A stretch of 64,000 bases of DNA from an uncultured Clostridia bacterium (GCA_945873955.1 CAMCFA010000006.1:1759-65758); one strand, 5' to 3'; shown: positions 18,492 through 27,952, counted from the stretch's first letter. Notes: generated by a model from the sequence alone, not told the origin. A program made the numbers and translations.

Positions 18492-18666
18492 GGGCTATAC
18501 CGTACAATTACCGGCTGAAGCCTTTGCCGCACGATTGCTTGCATCTTGTCCGCCATCTTGCCCAAATTTCGCTTGACGGGCGAGAAGCCCGCCTGCGCTC
18601 AATTTGAACAAGCTGACGAACAATCTGACTGCGCAATCCCGCGACAATAATCGTACGGTATAGCCC
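18492..18666. repeat. 175-bp foldback (E3) within the predicted rpsB 5-prime leader
   Basis: Perfect 14-bp arms gggctataccgtac (18492-18505) / gtacggtatagccc (18653-18666). Central hairpin cgggc-gagaa-gcccg (18567-18581). The arms in between are roughly 60% self-complementary by eye. Confidence 0.75.
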
Positions 18667-18691
18667 TAGTATTCCGCACACTTACCAAATT

Positions 18692-18720
18692 ATTATATCA
18701 CATACAAGCACTTTTTTCAA
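18692..18720 (-). promoter_or_regulatory. Sigma-A promoter upstream of the rpsB leader
   Basis: Minus strand reads TTGAAA, 17 nt, TATAAT. Predicted TSS near 18685, giving a ~300-nt leader. Confidence 0.65.
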
Positions 18721-18735
18721 CAGATTATTCAACGT

Positions 18736-19026
18736 TTATTTTAACAAATTTCCGAATAATTTGCGGCGCTTTTTTGTTGAACCTGCCGGTTCTTCGCAGG
18801 AAACAAGGATAGTATCCTCGCCGATGACCTCAATATCGCACCATTTTATACAGATATCCTCTTCCCTGCCGAACAGCCCGAAGCACCGCACCCTGCCATA
18901 GACGATCAGCCTGCATATTTTCGCAGTGCAGTTCTCGAATTCGATATCATCCGGGAAGCCGATACGGCAGCCGTTGCGAATGTTGATTATCTCCTTGCAT
19001 TTCAGGTCGTTGAAGCTGTATACCAT
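18736..19026 (-). CDS. YlmC/YmxH-family sporulation protein (PRC-barrel)
   Basis: 96 aa from ATG 19026 (RBS GGGGTGA). KEIINIRNGCRIGFPDDIEF...IKWCDIEVIGEDTILV matches the YlmC/YmxH pattern. The ORF-track N-terminal extension overlaps the upstream gene. Confidence 0.8.
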   Translation of the reverse strand: MVYSFNDLKCKEIINIRNGCRIGFPDDIEFENCTAKICRLIVYGRVRCFGLFGREEDICIKWCDIEVIGEDTILVSCEEPAGSTKKRRKLFGNLLK

Positions 19027-19072
19027 AAGATCACCCCGTACAGGGATTATATGCGGCACAATGCGCCGAAAT

Positions 19073-20206
19073 TCACCCGAAAAGCGCATTATAGCCTGTC
19101 TGCGCGGCAAAAAGCGCCGCCAGCAGCACAAAATTGTACAGTGTGAACTCCGCGAAATAGCGCCCCTTGCGCGCGCCCTCTGAATTGACATACAGCTTGA
19201 ATGAGATAAGGCTCGCCAGCGAAGCTATGAGCGTCCCCAGACCGCCGAGGTCTACTCCCAGCAGCAGCCCGCGCGCATTGTCGGTGAATCCGGACAGCAT
19301 TACCGCGCAGGGGACGTTGCTTATCACCTGCGACAGAGCCGCGCCCACCAGCATTTCCCTGCCGGACACCGCCGAGCTGATGAAGCTCCGTATCCCCGGA
19401 ATCGCCGAGAGATTCCCCACGAAAACGAAGAAGCAGACGAACGTCCCCAGCAGCGCATAGTCCACCCGGCAGAGCACCCGGGGTTCAGCGACCAGCGCCA
19501 GTACTAGGACTGCCGCGGCGCATATCCGCCAGTCAAGCAGACGAGCCACGGTCAGCAGGCACAGTGCCGCCATTAGGCAGTACATCACCGCACGGAATCG
19601 CAGCTTCCCTGCCGACACGCTTGATTTCACAGGTTCTCCCGTGGCTTCCGGGGACATCTGCGCCGACGGGATAAGCAGCGCCGAAGCCGCCAGAAGTATA
19701 AGGCTCATAATCGTCGGCGGGAGCATTGTCGTGAAGAACTCCCCCAGCGGCATTTCATAATGCGTATATATGTAGAGGTTCTGCGGATTGCCCACCGGCG
19801 TCGCCATAGAGCCGAGATTCGCCGCCGCAGTTTCGAGGATTATCGTGCGAATCTTCACCCGCTCCCGCCCGCGGAACAGCATTATAGTCAGCGGAACTAC
19901 CGTGAGCAGCGCCACGTCGTTTGTGACAAGCATTGAAAGGAAAAAGCACATCAGCGCCAGCAGCGCCCCTAATATGCGGGTGTTGTGAAAGCTCCGGGTG
20001 AGCAGGTCGGACAGCCTGCGGAACGCGCCTATCCCGGAGAAGCCCTGAACCGCCGTCATAAGGCAGAACAGCAGCCCCAGCACCGACCAGTCAATGTAGC
20101 CGAGATAACCCTCATTCGGCGGGACGAATATCATTGAAATAAGCGCAGCGGCGAGTGAAATGCACAGCACCGCTTCGCGCTTCACAAATCCCAGAAGTTT
20201 GTTCAT
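19073..20206 (-). CDS. ArsB/NhaD-superfamily anion permease (YbiR-like)
   Basis: 377 aa, polytopic. Contains the TPVGNPQNLYIY motif typical of this superfamily. Confidence 0.75.
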   Translation of the reverse strand: MNKLLGFVKREAVLCISLAAALISMIFVPPNEGYLGYIDWSVLGLLFCLMTAVQGFSGIGAFRRLSDLLTRSFHNTRILGALLALMCFFLSMLVTNDVALLTVVPLTIMLFRGRERVKIRTIILETAAANLGSMATPVGNPQNLYIYTHYEMPLGEFFTTMLPPTIMSLILLAASALLIPSAQMSPEATGEPVKSSVSAGKLRFRAVMYCLMAALCLLTVARLLDWRICAAAVLVLALVAEPRVLCRVDYALLGTFVCFFVFVGNLSAIPGIRSFISSAVSGREMLVGAALSQVISNVPCAVMLSGFTDNARGLLLGVDLGGLGTLIASLASLISFKLYVNSEGARKGRYFAEFTLYNFVLLAALFAAQTGYNALFG

Positions 20207-20331
20207 TATCGTTTCAGCTTCCTCTCTACATTAATATTATACTTCAATTTTGGAAACGCAGTTACGTTTTATAGTATATAACTGTTGGGCAGATTTTTCA
20301 ATAGAAAAAGAAAAAATTTTAATTTTCCCCC

Positions 20332-20360
20332 TTGACTTTTTTTGTGAAGTATGTTAGTAT
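20332..20360 (+). promoter_or_regulatory. Sigma-A promoter for the GH31 gene
   Basis: TTGACT, 17 nt, TAGTAT. Confidence 0.55.
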
Positions 20361-20374
20361 AACAATATCGGGTG

Positions 20375-20388
20375 TGTAAACGATTACC
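20375..20388 (+). promoter_or_regulatory. cre-like / LacI-family operator candidate
   Basis: TGTAAACGATTACC matches the core of the cre consensus TGNAANCGNWNNC. It is pseudo-palindromic and lies between the -10 and the RBS. Confidence 0.45.
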
Positions 20389-20426
20389 TCACCCATTAAC
20401 GGTAAATCAAATGGAGGAATTAACCA

Positions 20427-22733
20427 ATGAAGTATGCAGACGGATTATGGCTTAACAAGCCCGGTTACGGCGTAAATTACGCAACACAGATGTACGAGGT
20501 CACCGCTGACGAGACCTCTATAAACGTTCTGGCGACCAACCAGTGGATAGGCAACAGAGGCATGACCCTTGGCGGTCCTGTTCTGGACATCACTTTCACC
20601 TCCACGCTGGAGAACACTATTAAAGTAGACATAGACCACTACAAGGGCAGAGTTCACAAGACCCCCGACTTCCAGCTCAACGAGGACAAGAATTTCAAAC
20701 CGGTCGTAAAGGAGACCGAGTCCGCATACGAGCTTATTTCCGGCAACACAAGAGTCGTTGTCGCAAAGGGCGGCGCTTGGGACATCAAGTACTACTACAA
20801 CGACAAGCTGCTCACCAAAGAGGGCTGGCGCACTACCTCCTACATCACCGAGGAGCAGTGGAAGACCAACGAGCGCATGGCTAACGACACCATGAAGCCG
20901 TTCTTCGCGCATGACGAGACCGACGACGGCGCGGTAATGCGCGAAATGCTGAACATCAGCGTCGGCGAGTGCCTGTACGGCTTCGGCGAGAAGTTCTCCA
21001 CCTTCGTTAAGAACGGTCAGACCGTTGAAATATGGAACAACGACGGCGGCACAAGCTCAGAGCAGAGCTACAAGTCCATTCCGTTCTATGTTTCCTCCAG
21101 AAACTACGGCGTGTTTGTAAATCACCCCGAAAAGGTAACGTTTGAGGTAGCAAGCGAGACCGTTTCTAAGGTAGCTTTCTCCGTTCAGGGCGAGCACATG
21201 GAATACTTCGTTATCGGCGGCGAGAAGCTCACCGACGTGGTTTCCACCTACACCACCCTCACCGGTAAGCCCGCTCTTACCCCGGCTTACACCTTCGGTC
21301 TGTGGCTCACCACCTCTTTCACCACTGATTACGACGAAAAGACCGTTACCTACTTCATCGACGAAATGGCGCGCCGCGACATTCCGCTGGAAGTATTCCA
21401 CTTCGACTGCTTCTGGATGAAGGAATTCAACTGGTGCGACCTCACATGGGACAAGAGAATGTTCCCCGACCCCAAGGCTATGCTGGACAGACTGAAAGCA
21501 AAGGGTCTTGAGATCTGCGTATGGATCAACTCCTACATAGCGCAGCGCTCCACCATGTTTGACGAGGGCGTAAAGGGCGGCTACTTCGTAAAGAGAACCG
21601 ACGGCAGCGTATGGCAGGGCGACATGTGGCAGCCCGGCATGGCTATCGTGGACTTCACCAACCCCGCAGCCCGGGAGTGGTACAAGGCTAAGCTGCGCAC
21701 CCTCTGCGAAATGGGCGTGAATGCGTTCAAGACCGACTTCGGCGAGCGTATCCCCACTAAGGACGTTGTTTACTACGACGGCAGCGATCCCTACAAAATG
21801 CACAACTACTACACCTACCTCTACAACAGAACTGTGTTTGAGGTACTGGAAGAATTCTACGGCAAGGACAAGGCGTGCTTGTTCGCGCGTTCTGCTACCG
21901 TCGGCGGTCAGCAGTTCCCGGTACACTGGGGCGGCGACTGCTTCTCCAACTACGAGTCCATGTGGGAAACGCTCCGCGGCGGTCTGTCCCTCTGCATGAG
22001 CGGCTTCGGCTATTTCAGCCACGACATCTCCGGCTTTGAGGCTCAGGGCACTCCCGACCTGTACAAGCGCTGGTGCGCATTCGGACTTATGTCCTCTCAC
22101 TCCAGACTGCACGGCAACAGCAGCTACCGCGTTCCATGGAACTTCGACGAGGAGAGCTGCGACGTGCTCCGTCACTGGACAAAGCTCAAGGGCAAGCTCA
22201 TGCCGTACATCTGGGCGCAGGCTCAGAAGACCCATGCTACCGGCGTTCCCATGATGAGAGCTATGGTAATGGAATACTCCGACGACCCGGCTACTCTCTC
22301 CCTTGACCGTCAGTACATGTTCGGCGACAACCTGCTGGTTGCTCCTGTATTCAACGAGGAAGGCATTGCGGATTTCTACGTTCCCGCAGGCAACTGGACT
22401 GATATCCAGAGCGGCAAGGTATACGAGGGCGGCAAGTGGTACTCCACCAAGAACAACTACTTTGAAATGCCTGTACTTGCAAAGCCGAACAGCATTGTTG
22501 CTTACGGCAACTTCCAGCGTGCGTTCACCTACGATTACGGCAACAAGGCTGACATCGTGATCTACCAGCTTGAGGACGGCAAGACCGCTGAAACCACGAT
22601 CTACGACGCAGACAGCAACGTTGTTCTCACCGTAAAGGCTGTACGCTCCGGCGATACCATTAAGGTGACCGCCGAGGGCACCGCTAAGGACTACACGATC
22701 AGAAGCGCTGAGGGTCTCAAGGTAGAGCTCTGA
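20427..22733 (+). CDS. GH31 glycoside hydrolase, YicI-like alpha-xylosidase
   Basis: 768 aa. GVNAFKTDFGERIP (nucleophile region as in YicI), WINSYI, HWGGD. Confidence 0.85.
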   Translation: MKYADGLWLNKPGYGVNYATQMYEVTADETSINVLATNQWIGNRGMTLGGPVLDITFTSTLENTIKVDIDHYKGRVHKTPDFQLNEDKNFKPVVKETESAYELISGNTRVVVAKGGAWDIKYYYNDKLLTKEGWRTTSYITEEQWKTNERMANDTMKPFFAHDETDDGAVMREMLNISVGECLYGFGEKFSTFVKNGQTVEIWNNDGGTSSEQSYKSIPFYVSSRNYGVFVNHPEKVTFEVASETVSKVAFSVQGEHMEYFVIGGEKLTDVVSTYTTLTGKPALTPAYTFGLWLTTSFTTDYDEKTVTYFIDEMARRDIPLEVFHFDCFWMKEFNWCDLTWDKRMFPDPKAMLDRLKAKGLEICVWINSYIAQRSTMFDEGVKGGYFVKRTDGSVWQGDMWQPGMAIVDFTNPAAREWYKAKLRTLCEMGVNAFKTDFGERIPTKDVVYYDGSDPYKMHNYYTYLYNRTVFEVLEEFYGKDKACLFARSATVGGQQFPVHWGGDCFSNYESMWETLRGGLSLCMSGFGYFSHDISGFEAQGTPDLYKRWCAFGLMSSHSRLHGNSSYRVPWNFDEESCDVLRHWTKLKGKLMPYIWAQAQKTHATGVPMMRAMVMEYSDDPATLSLDRQYMFGDNLLVAPVFNEEGIADFYVPAGNWTDIQSGKVYEGGKWYSTKNNYFEMPVLAKPNSIVAYGNFQRAFTYDYGNKADIVIYQLEDGKTAETTIYDADSNVVLTVKAVRSGDTIKVTAEGTAKDYTIRSAEGLKVEL

Positions 22734-22752
22734 TCTGCTGATTGAATAGCTT

Positions 22753-22792
22753 ATCCCCGGAGGGTCAAGGCTCTCCGGGGATTGTATTTTTA
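22753..22792 (+). terminator. Intrinsic terminator after the GH31 gene
   Basis: Stem atccccggag / ctccggggat followed by TGTATTTTTA. Confidence 0.75.
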
Positions 22793-22819
22793 TCGGACTG
22801 TCTGAAATTCAAAGTCAAA

Positions 22820-22864
22820 GAAAAAACCGCACTGTCAAGGGAATTGCCTTAACAATGCGGTTTT
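22820..22864 (-). terminator. Intrinsic terminator after tRNA-Ser
   Basis: Minus strand: aaaccgcattgttaagg-caatt-cccttgacagtgcggttt followed by TTTTC. Confidence 0.75.
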
Positions 22865-22878
22865 AGCCATTTTCAATA

Positions 22879-22970
22879 TGGCGGAGAAAGAGGGATTTGA
22901 ACCCTCGCGCCGGTTTGAGCCGACCTACTCCCTTAGCAGGGGAGCCCCTTCACCACTTGGGTATTTCTCC
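22879..22970 (-). tRNA. tRNA-Ser (anticodon GCT) with a long variable arm and encoded CCA
   Basis: Minus strand: GGAGAAA acceptor pairing with TTTCTCC, anticodon loop CTGCTAA, T arm GGGTTCAAATCCC, 3-prime GCCA. 92 nt. Confidence 0.9.
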
Positions 22971-23049
22971 AAAATGCTGAAAAAACTATTTAACGCGGAC
23001 AGCGCACTCTGTGATCTCCACCGAGAACCGCCGAACACATCATGCATAT

Positions 23050-23078
23050 ATTATATCACAGCGCCTTTATTTTGTCAA
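23050..23078 (-). promoter_or_regulatory. Consensus sigma-A promoter for tRNA-Ser
   Basis: Minus strand reads TTGACA, 17 nt, TATAAT. About 70-nt leader. Confidence 0.7.
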
Positions 23079-23123
23079 GCACTTTTTTAAAAAAATATAG
23101 ATCATCTGCGAAATGGTATTTAC

Positions 23124-23220
23124 CTAGGGACACGCTGATTAAAGCGTAGCGTATCAAATTCAGCCGCGTGAGTATGCACTTTTGAACGGGGCGAATTTGA
23201 TTTAATCAGCGTTTCCCTAG
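23124..23220. repeat. 97-bp imperfect palindrome (E4) between two divergent promoters
   Basis: 20-bp arms ctagggacacgctgattaaa / tttaatcagcgtttccctag with one mismatch. Inner stem tcaaattc (23154-23161) / gaatttga (23193-23200). Confidence 0.75.
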
Positions 23221-23240
23221 TTTATATTCTTACCTGTAAC

Positions 23241-23269
23241 TTGACAAAAAATCATTAATATGATATAGT
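23241..23269 (+). promoter_or_regulatory. Sigma-A promoter for the 23307 gene
   Basis: TTGACA, 17 nt, TATAGT. Confidence 0.65.
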
Positions 23270-23306
23270 AATTTTACAAGATAAATTTAACAGGGAGTGA
23301 GAACTG

Positions 23307-23783
23307 ATGAAAAAGACGTCTGCTGCACGGTTTATCGTGTTTGTCGTGATCCATGTGCTGCTGTGCGTTTCTGCGGCGCTGTATGTTAGCGAATATACCA
23401 CGCTTATCCGGCTGGAATCCCCGGACTCAATGTATATTGACGGTGCTGATTTCACACCGCTGGCTGAACTGGCGGTAATTTCAGTGAACGGATTTTTATC
23501 CGCGTTTGTTACGGTGATATGCTTCGCTTTTATGACGATACTTTCGGTGGTGCTTCTGATCCCGTTCAGATTAATTTCAGTGAGGAAATTCACCATTATC
23601 ACCCGGAGAGAACAACGTGCAACGCTGGCGGTGATTCTGGCAGGAACGGTACTGACTGCTCTGGCAGTGCTGATCTTCTGCGGGGTAACTTCTGTTCCAC
23701 GGTTGCTGCTTTTCCTGCTGCCGTCACTGCTGATAGAAATACTGATGTACTGGCTCACGCTGTATTTCAGAAGCAAGAGGTAA
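23307..23783 (+). CDS. Hypothetical polytopic membrane protein
   Basis: 158 aa, 4 predicted TM helices, RBS GGGAGTGA. No recognisable motif. Confidence 0.7.
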   Translation: MKKTSAARFIVFVVIHVLLCVSAALYVSEYTTLIRLESPDSMYIDGADFTPLAELAVISVNGFLSAFVTVICFAFMTILSVVLLIPFRLISVRKFTIITRREQRATLAVILAGTVLTALAVLIFCGVTSVPRLLLFLLPSLLIEILMYWLTLYFRSKR

Positions 23784-23821
23784 AAAAGCTCCCTTTGGGG
23801 AAGTTCCCGCAAAAAACATCT

Positions 23822-23856
23822 GATCCCGCAGCTGCAAAACCGCGGGATCTTTTTTA
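23822..23856 (+). terminator. Intrinsic terminator
   Basis: Stem gatcccgc / gcgggatc followed by TTTTTTATTTT. Confidence 0.75.
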
Positions 23857-24345
23857 TTTTGTAGTCGAACCAAAACCGCCGTTTCTCACGCCGTCAGCGT
23901 CATCATCTACGGTAATGCCGTACTCTAGGAAGATCCCCTGCGCGAAGCCTGTTCCCGCCGGTATCTCCACAGTCTTGCCCTCTTTGGAGTCGTTCGTGAC
24001 CTTGATGAAAATATGGCCCTCGTTGTCCGACTGGGAATAATCACTGTCGATTATCCCCACAGTGTTGTCAAGCTGAAGCCGGAACTTGAAGCCCAGCCCG
24101 CTCCTCGGGTAAATTTTCAGCACCCAGCCGTCCTCCATGAGCGCCCGTATGCCGGTGGGGATCTTCACGGTCTGCCCCGGAGCCAGTGTGACGTCGTAGG
24201 GCGCAAAGAAATCATACCCCGCCGAACCCGCCGTAGCGCGGCGCGGCAGCTTTATCCCCTCGTATATTTTATCTGCGTCTGCCAGCTTGCAGCCCTCCCG
24301 GAACTGCGTCAGGCTCACCTTTTCAAACTTCGCTATTCTTCGCAT
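23854..24345 (-). CDS. dut: dUTP diphosphatase (trimeric dUTPase family)
   Basis: 163 aa. SAGYDFFAP and GIIDSDY motifs. Confidence 0.85.
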   Translation of the reverse strand: MRRIAKFEKVSLTQFREGCKLADADKIYEGIKLPRRATAGSAGYDFFAPYDVTLAPGQTVKIPTGIRALMEDGWVLKIYPRSGLGFKFRLQLDNTVGIIDSDYSQSDNEGHIFIKVTNDSKEGKTVEIPAGTGFAQGIFLEYGITVDDDADGVRNGGFGSTTK

Positions 24346-24356
24346 AAAACCTCCCG

Positions 24357-24902
24357 TCAGTCAAACAGCACGACCTTGCCCAGCCGCAGGGTCTCTTGAA
24401 CGTCGATAACGCGCTGGTTCGCGCTGCCCTTCCAGTGGAGCTTGGGGTCGCGCACAGCTTCAACGTACTCGCCGTCAACCAGCACGTCTACCAGCGGGAT
24501 TATTTCCAGATCGTTTATTTCCTCCCACTTGTACCCGGTGTAGAGCCATATCGTTTTCTCCGGCAGGGTTTCCCTTACCTTCTGAGCAAGCCGGGTTATA
24601 TCCTCGCGGTTGCGCTTGTGGAGCGGGTCGCCGCCGCTGAACGTAATACCGCTGATATAGTCCGCGGACAGCTTGTCGAACAGCTCCTGCTCCGCCGCCT
24701 CATCAAACGGGATACCCCCGTCGATGTCCCATGTAATGGGATTGTGACAGCCGCGGCAGCGGTGCTCGCAGCCCGCCACCCACAGCACCGTCCGCAGACC
24801 ATCGCCGTTCAGCATGTCATCGGTGGTTATGTTATGATAACGCAAATTTACTCCCTCAAATCCTGTGCATATTATGTCAGAACGCACTTCTGAATCTGTC
24901 AC
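24357..24902 (-). CDS. nrdG: Anaerobic ribonucleotide reductase activating protein (radical SAM)
   Basis: CEHRCRGCHN cluster motif. GTG start overlaps the nrdD stop (GTGA). Confidence 0.9.
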   Translation of the reverse strand: MTDSEVRSDIICTGFEGVNLRYHNITTDDMLNGDGLRTVLWVAGCEHRCRGCHNPITWDIDGGIPFDEAAEQELFDKLSADYISGITFSGGDPLHKRNREDITRLAQKVRETLPEKTIWLYTGYKWEEINDLEIIPLVDVLVDGEYVEAVRDPKLHWKGSANQRVIDVQETLRLGKVVLFD

Positions 24903-27019
24903 ATGCTCTTTCTGTCGGCGATCTCCGCCATTTTTGCCGCGTTAAGTCTTGTATCGCCCTTGACCCTTGAATAGCTGAGATAGCCGTTCATGCGGTCGAT
25001 CTTGGTGAGATTCCGGCTGCCGCACTTGGGGCATACGTCCATTTCAAGCTGCTGATGACCGCAGTCGTCGCAGTATGCAAGCGACAGGTTCACACCCTCG
25101 TAGAAGCCCATTTTCATCGCGCGGCGCACCAGAGTTTCCACAGCGCCCTTGTTGTAGTCGATAGGATAGCGGACGTACTGTATCTTTCCGCCGTTGAACA
25201 GATCCCAGAAACGCTTCTCCTTGTCCTGCTTCTCGATAGGAGTGATGTCCTCGGAAACGTGGCAGTGGAAGCTGTTGCTGACGTACTCGCGGTCGGAAAC
25301 GTTCTCCACGATACCGTACTTCTTGCGGAACTGCTGTATCTGAAGTCCGCACAGATTCTCTGCGGGTGTGCCGTAGATCGCGTACAGATGACCGTCCTCT
25401 TTCTTAAACTCGGCAATGCGCTTGTTTATGAACTCCATGACCTTCAGCGAGAAGCTGCCGTCCTCGGCGATAGACTTCTTGTCCGCAAGCTGTTCAAGCT
25501 CGTTCAGCGCGGTTATGCCAAAGGACGCCGTAGCCGATTTAAGCAGCGGTTTGATCTTGTCGTGAATGCCTAGATGTCCGCCGAGGAAACCGCCCTCGCA
25601 GTAGGCAAGCGGGTTGGTGCTTGCTTTCATCTCGCCGAGGTAATCGTATGTTCTGATGTGGATCTTGCGGATTAGATTCAGATAGTAGTCCAGCACCTCG
25701 AAGAAATCCTTGCTCTCCTGCTGTGATTTCGCGTAGATCATCGGTAGATTCAGCGACACCGCGCCGATATTGAATCTGCCGACGAATACCGGCTGGTCGT
25801 TCTCGTCCGCAGGCTCCATTCCGCCTCGCTCGAACCACGGCGACAGGAACGCCCGGCAGCCCATCGGGCTGATTATCTTGCCGTACTTCTTGTAGATTGA
25901 AGCTACATAGCCCTCTCCGGTAAGGCTCAGCCAGTCGGGGTACATAGCCTTGCTGCTGCACTCCACGCCAGCCATGAACACGTCCTCAAGCGGCTTGCCG
26001 GGGCCGTGCAGGTTCTCGTCGTACAGGAACACTATCTTCGGGAAAAGCACCGGCTTCTTGCAGGTCTTTTTGCCCTGTCCCTTGCGGCGGACGTCCAGCA
26101 TGGTTATGCTAGCCATTTTCGCGAAGCGTCCTGTACCGGTGCCGGCGGTCATGGTGATGAACGGATAATCTCCGCGGCTGGAGCTTACGGAGTTGAACTT
26201 GTACTCCCAGCCTTGAAATCCCTGCTCAAAGTCCACCTTGACGTCCTTCATAGCCTCGCGGTCGGCTGCCTCCTCGGAAAGACCGAGGCTGATATAACGG
26301 TCATGCTGCTTTTTGTAGGTCTTTTCTGCGTAGGGCTCAAGCAGCAGGTCAACGCTAGGCACGGTGAAGCCGCCGTACTGCTGGCTCGCAGCAGACAGCG
26401 TGATATCGCCGATAACGTCGAACGCGACCGCAAGGGTCTTAGGCTCGTTGTACCAGAGGTTGCCCATCTCGAAGCCGCCCTCCAGCACGCTCTTGACGTC
26501 AAACAGGCAGCAGTTCATGGTGTCGCGGCGGGCGCTCATGTCATGGACATAGATGTACCCGTCCCGGCAGGCTTGAAGCTCCTCGGTGGTCATGAAGAAC
26601 TTCTTGTAAAGCTCCTTGTTCAGCTCGTTGAAGATAAGGCTTCTCTTGGTGGAAACAAGCGCGCTGTCAGTGTTGGAATTCTCCTTGTCGCCGATATACA
26701 TTATGGACTGGCTCTTTTTGTATACCTCGTCCAGCATGCTGACGAAATCCTGCTTGTAGTTGCGGTAGTCCTTGTAGCTCTTTGCAACCGCGGGATTTGT
26801 CGCTTCCAGAGCGCTCTCAACGATATTGTGCATCTGCGCGATCTGGATCTCGTCGGTGTGCAGCGCCTCCGCTTTATCGGTGACGAATTTGCAGATAAAG
26901 TCGATCTCCTCCGGCGTAAAGGTGTACATCACCCGCGCCGCGGACTTATTCACCGCGTTTACCACCTTCTGAACGTTGAAATCCTCTTTGGTATTATCTT
27001 TTTTGATGACCTTGATCAA
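24899..27019 (-). CDS. nrdD: Anaerobic ribonucleoside-triphosphate reductase
   Basis: 706 aa. N-terminal ATP-cone, C-terminal Zn ribbon CDDCGH...CPKCGS and glycyl-radical region. TTG start. Confidence 0.9.
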   Translation of the reverse strand: MIKVIKKDNTKEDFNVQKVVNAVNKSAARVMYTFTPEEIDFICKFVTDKAEALHTDEIQIAQMHNIVESALEATNPAVAKSYKDYRNYKQDFVSMLDEVYKKSQSIMYIGDKENSNTDSALVSTKRSLIFNELNKELYKKFFMTTEELQACRDGYIYVHDMSARRDTMNCCLFDVKSVLEGGFEMGNLWYNEPKTLAVAFDVIGDITLSAASQQYGGFTVPSVDLLLEPYAEKTYKKQHDRYISLGLSEEAADREAMKDVKVDFEQGFQGWEYKFNSVSSSRGDYPFITMTAGTGTGRFAKMASITMLDVRRKGQGKKTCKKPVLFPKIVFLYDENLHGPGKPLEDVFMAGVECSSKAMYPDWLSLTGEGYVASIYKKYGKIISPMGCRAFLSPWFERGGMEPADENDQPVFVGRFNIGAVSLNLPMIYAKSQQESKDFFEVLDYYLNLIRKIHIRTYDYLGEMKASTNPLAYCEGGFLGGHLGIHDKIKPLLKSATASFGITALNELEQLADKKSIAEDGSFSLKVMEFINKRIAEFKKEDGHLYAIYGTPAENLCGLQIQQFRKKYGIVENVSDREYVSNSFHCHVSEDITPIEKQDKEKRFWDLFNGGKIQYVRYPIDYNKGAVETLVRRAMKMGFYEGVNLSLAYCDDCGHQQLEMDVCPKCGSRNLTKIDRMNGYLSYSRVKGDTRLNAAKMAEIADRKSM

Positions 27020-27098
27020 GCTATGACAGTCCTTTCCACCGCCGCCTTATTTGTATCCAAAACGGCGCATATATTCTATATCTAGGGGTAGTATATTT

Positions 27099-27127
27099 AT
27101 AATAGCACTTTTTCTTGTGTCTGTCAA
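27099..27127 (-). promoter_or_regulatory. Sigma-A promoter for nrdDG
   Basis: Minus strand reads TTGACA, 17 nt, TATTAT. AT-rich alternating tracts follow it. Confidence 0.6.
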
Positions 27128-27240
27128 CCTATATTTCTGCATTATGCGAAAATTTGATATGTAGAAATCCGGAGTGTGTTTTCGTGCATTTTCACATCTT
27201 GACAGACACAATGACATGCAATGCGATTCGTCACTTCAAA

Positions 27241-27296
27241 TAAAAAAGGGAACACCGACCCGCCCGCAGTAAATGCAGGCAGATCAAGTATTCCCC
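27241..27296 (-). terminator. Intrinsic terminator after upp
   Basis: Minus strand: gggaatac...gtgttccc stem with an inner gcctgca/tgcgggc stem, then TTTTTTA. Confidence 0.6.
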
Positions 27297-27319
27297 AAAA
27301 TTCTATATCTATATCTCTT

Positions 27320-27952
27320 TTACTTAGTGCCGAACAGTCTGTCGCCGCCGTCGCCGATACCGGGAACGATATACAGATCCTCGTTAAGACCCTCGTCGAT
27401 AGCGCCGCAGACGATGTCAACGTCCGGGTGAGCGGTCTGGAGCGCCTTGATACCCTCCGGGCAGGTGAGCACGCACATGAACTTGACATGCTTTGCGCCG
27501 GCTTCCTTGACGATATCAACGGTCTTTATCGCGGAAACGCCGGTAGCCAGCATAAGGTCAAGAATTATGACCTCGCGGTTGGCGATATCAAACGGCAGCT
27601 TACAGTAATACTCCTGCGCGGAGTTGCTGTTCGCCTTGTCGCGGTAGATACCGACATGACCTACCTTAGCGGCGGGAACCAGCGCCAGAGCGCCGTCCAC
27701 CATGCCAAGACCCGCGCGCATTATCGGCACGAAAGCAACCTTTCTTCCGCTGATGATCTTAGCGTTGGCAAGAGCCAGCGGGGTTTCAAGCTGAACCTCC
27801 TTCAGCGGCAGGTCGCGGGTAGCCTCATAGCACATGAACATAGAGATTTCCTGCACCAGCTCGCGGAACTCCTTAGAGCCTGTATTCTTATCCCTCAGCA
27901 GGGAGATCTTGTGCTGAACCAGCGGGTGGTCGCAGACGATAACGTTGCTCAT
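27320..27952 (-). CDS. upp: Uracil phosphoribosyltransferase
   Basis: 210 aa. [16 protein letters not shown] and a PRPP-binding loop ([11 protein letters not shown]). Confidence 0.95.
   Translation of the reverse strand: MSNVIVCDHPLVQHKISLLRDKNTGSKEFRELVQEISMFMCYEATRDLPLKEVQLETPLALANAKIISGRKVAFVPIMRAGLGMVDGALALVPAAKVGHVGIYRDKANSNSAQEYYCKLPFDIANREVIILDLMLATGVSAIKTVDIVKEAGAKHVKFMCVLTCPEGIKALQTAHPDVDIVCGAIDEGLNEDLYIVPGIGDGGDRLFGTK

Noticed and set aside
21057-22235. 392-aa ORF antisense to the GH31 gene. The same applies to 49436..50683, 33708..34649, 53876..54844, 36378..37271, 55526..56416, 37648..38448 and similar
   Set aside because: All lie opposite genes with strong family motifs. They lack recognisable domains and I treat them as spurious.
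22878-23090. 70-aa ORF on the plus strand
   Set aside because: It overlaps tRNA-Ser(GCU) on the opposite strand, together with its promoter.
27060-27098. NrdR boxes downstream of the nrdD -10
   Set aside because: AT-rich alternating tracts (gcgcatatattctatatctag) are suggestive. I could not align them convincingly to the 16-bp NrdR palindrome by eye. This needs a PWM scan.
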